The position numbers and the translations under genes are program-made. The notes below the pieces were generated by a model. That model did not search any database. It was not told the origin of the DNA and worked only from the letters and a program-made list of their open reading frames with translations. From Trichinella spiralis (lineage: Eukaryota): a stretch of 46,301 nt of DNA. Below, in pieces: positions 39,153 through 46,301 of the stretch. Positions within the stretch are counted from its first letter, which is position 1, and each line of letters starts with the position of its first letter. The stretch covers positions 2,921,493 to 2,967,793 of the forward strand of contig NW_003526945.1 of assembly GCF_000181795.1 (NCBI RefSeq). Reading direction: 5' to 3'.

Positions 39153-39381
39153 AAGTGCGTCCTACATTATGATGAGCACAGGCGAGATTATCTGCCAAGG
39201 GACAAATTAGCCGACCGATAAGCAATTTTGATTAAAGATTCATGTAGAGTAGCCGACCTCAACTGGCGTCATTATGCCGCGTCGCCGCTTTCTGAGGTCA
39301 AGCCATCTCTGGAGCCATTAGGCTTTTTTTGAATACATCCACCGACTGTATACCCAATTACGCTGTCATAAGAAATTGCTT
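39153..39381. other. Conserved element downstream of TIKI copy 2 (homologous to 29987-30238)
   Basis: Same colinear blocks as 29987-30238, including the exact 20-mer at 39362-39381. Confidence 0.85.
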
Positions 39382-40306
39382 TATGACTGGACAAAAATGA
39401 CAAACTATCTATCTGGAAATGAATTTGCTTTTCAACCTGACAAACTTATGAAAGGCTGTTTAATTGATAACTGGTTCTTATTAAATAATAAGTTATGCAG
39501 AACATAATTTCATACTGTCTAATTTATTTATTACTGACACGCGGTAATTGAAGTTCAAATATAGAACAGAAGAGATTTAATAAGTATTTCTTTTGTGTGC
39601 CGTGGAACAGAGATGAAAATTGCATCATCTGAACACTTTCCTATAAGATAAGATGGGATAGCAGACAAGATTTGCATGCAACGTTTAGCTGTAATGGCAA
39701 TTTTTGTGTGATAAAAAACTTTCTTGACGTTTCACTTCAACGCTGAATACTCGTGAGTTATTTATGCAGTTATTATTATTTCAAGTACAATTTGAACTGA
39801 AAGGAGTCTCGTTGTGTTTTAAACAATACAGTTTTTTTTATTCAACAAGCTACTGGCTTAACTGTTTGGACAGTATTCTTTATCTTTATCGACTTTCACA
39901 TGAAATTCATTTTTTAATGTGAAAAATAACAAACATTTTAATTAAATTAACTTTGAATGACTCAGGAGCTAAAAATCGATTTTGAGAAAAGCATTCCTTG
40001 ATGTTGACATTGCATAACATTCAAAAAACATGCAAAATGAGTTCTGCAAACAGCAATGCTTTACTGAATTGTATAGTAATTGCATACCCTCAACACCTCA
40101 AAATTCGATATCAAAAAGAAATTATTTTCTTCTTCTGAAATCGAACTGTGACGTGTTTTTATTCTAATGATTGTACATTACTGATTACTTATACATTACT
40201 TTAATTATATAATGTAATAAATAATAGAGGTGGATATTTTCAGAATTTTAATATGCAAAAGTAAAAACAGAAAAAAGAATTTTATTCATGTAAAATGTAT
40301 TCATAA

Positions 40307-42413
40307 TCAAAATTGCATTGTGAAAAGAAATAGTATTGATAAGAAAGGCAAAAATAGACCCGTAATTAAGCCAGAAGCAGTGTTTGAAAAGTGATTATGG
40401 TAATGAACGAGAAAGAAGTTTTGCACCGTATGAGCACGAGGAAAAGGGTTGACAGATTGTTCGTGCCAAGAAGATGCAGAATTTCCCTGAACACGAACCC
40501 AGAGTTCTTGAAAATTTCGTCCCACTCTTGTTGTGGACTTCACTGTTGTTGTAGTAGGCACATTCAGGGCGCTGTCCCACTGCCACAGTGGAGGCGATGT
40601 AAATTTCTTTCTGATCCCTTGACCAGTGCCACGTCCTTTTTTCGGTTTTTTAGATCGACTGTAAAAAAGCATAAATTTCACTTGCATTCAAAAGCAATAA
40701 ACAAGGAAGAAGCAATTTTTATATTAAATTTGTAGCAATATACCTGATGACAACATTCTTAGAAATTACAGGTCTGATGTGGAAACCGGATTGCTTCACG
40801 AGATCAATAACACTATCTTTACCAAGAAAGTGCCCAGCACCGAAGGCAAAAAAGAAGGATTTTTCAGGATTTGCGTGCAGTAATCTGATTACCCGATTGG
40901 CCATTCGCACGTTACGCTTTTTTATCAATTCTTTCTTAAAATATGCGTTTATTTCACCGCTTTCATCATTAGCTGACTCGGTAAGGCTGTCAACGTCTGT
41001 CACCTGCAAAAATGATATTACTATTTTAAAATATTTTTTTGGCGCAGACATTGTGTTTTCGTACCTGGACAGTATCGTGGGCAAAAATAGTCTCATCTAA
41101 ACTACCGCATATGTAGTGTTCAATGAGATCCCGCGTCCTTCTTGCCAATTCCATAGCACCACCGTCAGATGATTGCTCAACCCGTTTTATTGCTTGTTCA
41201 TGGCTGTACAGTGTTTGATTCAGAGCATGCAAGACTTGTTGTTTTCGTAATGAATTCAATGGCTCGCACTGTTCACCGGCAGTTTCGATTGCACCAAGAG
41301 TTTTTGACAAGCTTGACGCTTGCTGCGCTAAATATAAATCCAGTACCGGCACTCCTCGTCGTTCTATTGCTTGTCTGTTCAGTGAATTTAACAAGAACAT
41401 AATCCATATTGGTCTTTTTCTTTGCCAATTGCCTGAAAATTCAAAAAACAATAACACTATGCACGCGGTCTGTTTTTTCTCAATCTATTAATATTATTGG
41501 CATATTTACCTGCAATACTGTTGAATAGGTGATCCGCGTAAGCATTGCTGTGACTGGACCGTTGTGTGTCAATCCATTCTGGCAAAGCTTGTCTGATTAT
41601 TTCCATATGAGCTTTTATTCTATTGTACAGACTGGTCGGCAAATGATCGGCTATTGTTTCACCGTCAGGCAAATATTGGCAGCGAGAAAGGCTTTGCACC
41701 GTTTTCGGATTATTTAAATCCAATTCTAGAAACACATTGTCCGCCTGGTGAAAAGCTTGCTTGGCCGCACTGCTCACGTATTCCCAAACGTCCGTGTATG
41801 GTACGTGAATTGTGCCGAAAAAATAGCTGGGCGGTTGACGTTTTATACGCCATAAAAAGTTATTGTACCGTTTCGTTATGGCTGAATTATTCTACAAGAA
41901 AAGAAAAACAGATTTTTATTAAATTTACATCCACTGATGGTTTTATTCATTAAAGTTTTGTGATCAATTTCAATACTGCTAGTAATGTTTTTTTCTCATT
42001 CTTTGATTAGCTACTTTTGTATTTTGGTAGATGTGTCAGTGGAAATTACACATGTGCAACAGCACCGCTAGGGTAAGGTAAACAAAAGCGCACCGAGGTC
42101 GGACAATTGTCATTAATGACAAAGGCCCCACCTCTGCACGGATATCGACTGCTGTGTATTCCATTGTAATTTTTCCGAGTATTATTTTTCAAGCTATTTT
42201 GCTTGTTCAGACTTTTTGCCCAAATGAAATGTCCAAATTGGCAAAGTGAAAGCAAATAGTAATTGAAAAATGAAATAAAGTGAAAAGCACTGACAATAAA
42301 TGGAAGTTTACCTTTTGTAAACAGAATTGTGGCTTTGTCGAAGCTGCCGGTGCTAAATTAGCTTGAAATATGAAGCTGACTAGTATGATCGGAAAATAGA
42401 ATAACAACAGCAT
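40307..42413 (-). CDS. TIKI-family metalloprotease, copy 2; exons 42413-42312, 41891-41510, 41432-41065, 41003-40744, 40658-40307
   Basis: Same five-exon structure, intron phases and motifs as copy 1 (GTIHVPYT, GNWQRKRPIW, GAIETAGEQCEPLN, KRNVRMANRV, FFFAFGAGHFLG, FQELWVR). Signal peptide MLLLFYFPIILVSFIFQA and a hydrophobic C-terminus. Confidence 0.92.
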
Positions 42414-42763
42414 GTTGAATGTTGAGTTAGCTTGTCGACGCAGTAAAACTCTGATGACATGCAGGCGTACTTTTCTCGGCTGTTTGTTGGGAAATATCGG
42501 TTGATAACAAGCGTAACAACAAGTAGTAAAAAGATGTAGTGGTGTTTACAGATAAAAAGTATAATATAAATAAATTGCTTATATGAGACAAAATTGAATG
42601 CTGATATTTTCGCACATTCTGCACAGCAAATGTTTACAAGGATGCAGCATTCATGAGATGCAGGCTGAAACGGTCGGCAGGCTAGGGAAAAGGGATAAAC
42701 AGAGCCAATGATCATCCGCACCGAACAGATCTAACTATGCACTGGTGAAACAAACAGCGTCAA

Positions 42764-42773
42764 NNNNNNNNNN
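42764..42773. other. Assembly gap (10 N)
   Basis: Run of n. Confidence 1.
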
Positions 42774-44977
42774 CTATAGGAGCTGAGGAGATGTTCTGCA
42801 AACGGGTTCCAGGTGCGAGGCAGACACAGCTGCTCAAGCAGATGATCTGCCGGATCGGGCAATGGTGTGTCTGGCCGCAGGACTACCATTCGATCCCGGC
42901 ACCTCAGTGCTGGACGGACACGTTGATGGACCTCATGATTGAACAAATCGTTCTGCAGCGCTATCCCGATGGTGCGGGTGTGAGCGTGATGAGCTGCTCA
43001 GCAGTAAGCGCAGCCATACACCACGAGATATCTGCAGAGTTTGCCGCTCAGGTCATGTCTTCACATGATGCCAGTTTGTATTGCATCATTCCTGTGAATG
43101 TACGTAATCATTGGCAGATGATTGTGCTGGATGTGGCTGAACGAGTAGTCCATTACTACTGTTCTCTCCGCGAGCATAACACTGTTGTTTTATCGTCTCT
43201 GTTATCGCTAGTGGAGCTGAGTGGTAAGCACACTGGCTGCACCTCGTGGAAGATCGAGACTCACGATGGCGCGCCGGTGCAAACGAATGCGTTCGATTGT
43301 GGTCCGTTTTCGTGCTTGTTTTTGAAGCACCTGCTGCACGGCATCGACATGAATTTCGGTGATCGGGAGTCGGCGGCTTTGCGCACCGACCTGAAGTTTA
43401 TGATCGATGCGGTATCCACTCCCGTCGTTCCGGCGACGGATAAGCTAAAGAAAAAACCTGACGGCTCAGCGACTCAGTTGACCCAGTTCCAGCAGAAGTT
43501 CCTGAGCGCTTCTGACAACTGGCAATCTCCTGATGTCGACTTGCAAGCGGTGTATGACGAAGTGGTGGAGAGTATTGTGTCCGGACACAATGAACCGAGC
43601 TCTCGTAACACCAGCCGTTTGCAAAAGAAAAGTCCGGGTAAAGGAGGTAAAGGACAGGTTCGCCGACGCAGTGCGGTAACGCGTGACCCGGCATGGTTGA
43701 AATCTGCGTCAGCGGTTCAAAAGGCGTTCAATTCGGCACCGGCCCGTACTGTGAATGCAATCCTCCGGCGTCCGAATGCCTGTCCTTCGTTTACAGCCAC
43801 GCAAGTGGCAGATCATTATTTCAATCTCAGACCGGCGGTTACCTCGCTTGCACCCGAGGTTATTGACATCTTACCTCCGCCCGCCACTGACCACTCGATG
43901 CTTGTTGCGGAGTTGAGTGAGTCGGAGGTCTGGGAAAAGATGCAGAAAGCACCCAACTCTGCGCCTGGTGCGGACAGGATCACCATTCGTATGGTGCGGA
44001 TGGCAGATCCAGGTGCGATGATTCTCACCAGGTTCTACCGTGCCTGTCTACTAAGAAAATGGGTGCCCCTGCAATGGAAGCAATCCGTGTGCAAGCTCCT
44101 TTATAAGGACGGGGATAAGGAGCGCCTCGCCAACTGGCGGCCTATCGCCCTGGAGCCCGTGTTACAGCGGGTGCTCAGTGCGGTAGTCGCCAGCAGAGTG
44201 ACGAACTGGGCGAGGGCAAACGGGTTGATTTCCTTGGAAGCCCAGAAAGGCTTCCAGCCAGCTGATGGTACCTCCGAGCACAATTTCGTCATGGAGGTTG
44301 CATTTCAAGAGGCAAGACGCACTAATGCACAGCTTGCCATCAGCTGGTTAGACATCTCCAACGCCTTTGGCACAGTGTCGCACCAAGTTTTATTTTCGTT
44401 GTTGGAACGCTATGGGCTGGACCCGACTTTTACCAGTTTTATCCAGAATTTGTATAAAGACGCGACAATTGTAGTCAAAGGCGCCAATGGAACCCACGTT
44501 ACCGCGCGCTGGTCAGTCGGAGTACGCCAAGGTGACCCTTGCAGTGGTATCTTGTTTTGTTTGTTTGTTGAGCCACTCTTGCGGTCAGTCTTACCATCTT
44601 TACCGTGTGAGGCGGAAACGACTGCGGTTAACGTGTTAGGACAGCCGGTCACAGCGCTGGCTTACGCTGATGACATCGCGCTGTTCGCCCCATCCATCGG
44701 GGTTATGCAACAACAGCTGTGCAAAATCCAGGGCATGGCCAGCGCCATGGGCTTTCGGTTCAACCCGAAGAAGTGCGCGTCCCTGTACTTGAATCGTGCA
44801 GTAGTGAATGCCGCAACATTCACGATAAGCGGGGAGGAAATACCTGCTCTCGTACACGGGGACACTTTTCGCTATCTTGGAGTAGCCGCTGGGCTGGGTA
44901 AACCCCAGACTCCTTTCTCATTACTGCGTGAGAACCTCCGAGAAGCGGAACTTATATTCCGGTCAAAGCTGGCTCCG
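42774..44977 (+). mobile_element. Non-LTR retrotransposon (NeSL clade, Utopia-like) ORF fragment: Ulp1/C48 protease domain plus reverse transcriptase; truncated by gaps on both sides
   Basis: Ulp1 motifs IIPVNVRNHWQMIVLD and PVQTNAFDCGPF. RT motifs SAPGADRI, LLYKDGD...NWRPIAL, QKGFQPADGTSEHNF, WLDISNAFGTVSH, GVRQGDPCSGILF, LAYADD (YADD at 44663-44674), FNPKKC and FRYLGV. GC content rises sharply relative to the host DNA. Confidence 0.93.
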
Positions 44978-44987
44978 NNNNNNNNNN
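44978..44987. other. Assembly gap (10 N)
   Basis: Run of n. Confidence 1.
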
Positions 44988-46301
44988 TTGCATGAGAGTT
45001 CGTTGCGATCTTGCGATTACGTAAGGCGGTCGAAAAGACCGTCGGATTGCATCGCCCCCCGCGCCAACGAGAACATTATGCAAATACGGGTACGGCCGCT
45101 CAAATCGAGGCTTGAGCAAACAAGTCGGCGAAATACGTGTAGCAGGCGACTATAGTCAGTTTAAGTTTGGTAAACGGGTTCGGCAATACGTGGCACCAAC
45201 GCAGAGGCGAGACGGGTTGGACGAAGAGGAGGTTCATGAAGCCGAAGAAGAGGAGGTGCCAGCCGAATCACGTACCATCCTAGGTGAACCCAGCACCGCA
45301 ACTGCTATAGGAGCTGAGGAGATCTCTGCAACGGGTCCAGTTCGAGCAGACACAGCTGCTCAGCAGATGATCTGCCGGATCGGGCAATGGTGTGTCTGGC
45401 CGCAGGACTACCATTCGATCCCGGCACCTCAGTGCTGGACGGACACGTTGATGGACCTCATGATTGAACAAATCGTTCTGCAGCGCTATCCCGATGGTGC
45501 GGGTGTGAGCGTGATGAGCTGCTCAGCAGTAAGCGCAGCCATACACCACGAGATATCTGCAGAGTTTGCCGCTCAGGTCATGTCTTCACATGATGCCAGT
45601 TTGTATTGCATCATTCCTGTGAATGTACGTAATCATTGGCAGATGATTGTGCTGGATGTGGCTGAACGAGTAGTCCATTACTACTGTTCTCTCCGCGAGC
45701 ATAACACTGTTGTTTTATCGTCTCTGTTATCGCTAGTGGAGCTGAGTGGTAAGCACACTGGCTGCACCTCGTGGAAGATCGAGACTCACGATGGCGCGCC
45801 GGTGCAAACGAATGCGTTCGATTGTGGTCCGTTTTCGTGCTTGTTTTTGAAGCACCTGCTGCACGGCATCGACATGAATTTCGGTGATCGGGAGTCGGCG
45901 GCTTTGCGCACCGACCTGAAGTTTATGATCGATGCGGTATCCACTCCCGTCGTTCCGGCGACGGATAAGCTAAAGAAAAAACCTGACGGCTCAGCGACTC
46001 AGTTGACCCAGTTCCAGCAGAAGTTCCTGAGCGCTTCTGACAACTGGCAATCTCCTGATGTCGACTTGCAAGCGGTGTATGACGAAGTGGTGGAGAGTAT
46101 TGTGTCCGGACACAATGAACCGAGCTCTCGTAACACCAGCCGTTTGCAAAAGAAAAGTCCGGGTAAAGGAGGTAAAGGACAGGTTCGCCGACGCAGTGCG
46201 GTAACGCGTGACCCGGCATGGTTGAAATCTGCGTCAGCGGTTCAAAAGGCGTTCAATTCGGCACCGGCCCGTACTGTGAATGCAATCCTCCGGCGTCCGA
46301 A
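44988..46301 (+). mobile_element. Second piece of the same retrotransposon: N-terminal region plus Ulp1 domain, frame open from 45025 to the window end
   Basis: 45305-46301 repeats 42774-43776 (offset 2525) apart from small indels in the first ~70 bp. The extra upstream frame reads ...EEEVHEAEEEEVPAESRTILGEPSTATAIGAEEISATGPVRADTAAQQMICRIGQW. Confidence 0.92.

Noticed and set aside
42414..42763. U2 snRNA or spliced-leader target sequence next to the retrotransposon
   Set aside because: No match recognised, and an N-gap separates this DNA from the element
42774..44977. Prokaryotic RT system (retron, DGR, group II intron)
   Set aside because: RT motifs are non-LTR retrotransposon type and the surrounding genes are spliced eukaryotic genes

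Overview
AT-rich eukaryotic DNA with short GT-AG introns and TTTCAG/TTTTAG acceptors. It looks like a nematode scaffold; a Trichinella-like clade I species is my inference, not proven. Left to right: (1) two tandem two-exon elongin C genes, one canonical and one divergent; (2) a multi-exon gene with a C3H-C3H zinc finger and acidic region resembling KANSL2/INO80D; (3) a CK1/TTBK-family kinase with DFS in place of DFG; (4) a decayed pogo/Tigger DDE transposase next to decayed EGF-like exons; (5) a large NCKAP5-like coiled-coil gene with a hAT/Charlie-type MITE in its last intron; (6) two tandem five-exon TIKI (TraB/PrgY/GumN) metalloprotease genes on the minus strand, a relic of a third exon 1, and an unexplained ~250-bp element conserved downstream of both; (7) between 10-N gaps, two overlapping, near-identical pieces of a NeSL/Utopia-like non-LTR retrotransposon encoding a Ulp1 (C48) protease domain upstream of reverse transcriptase. 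Gene models were built by hand from splice-site and phase consistency. Family calls come from remembered motifs, not database searches.
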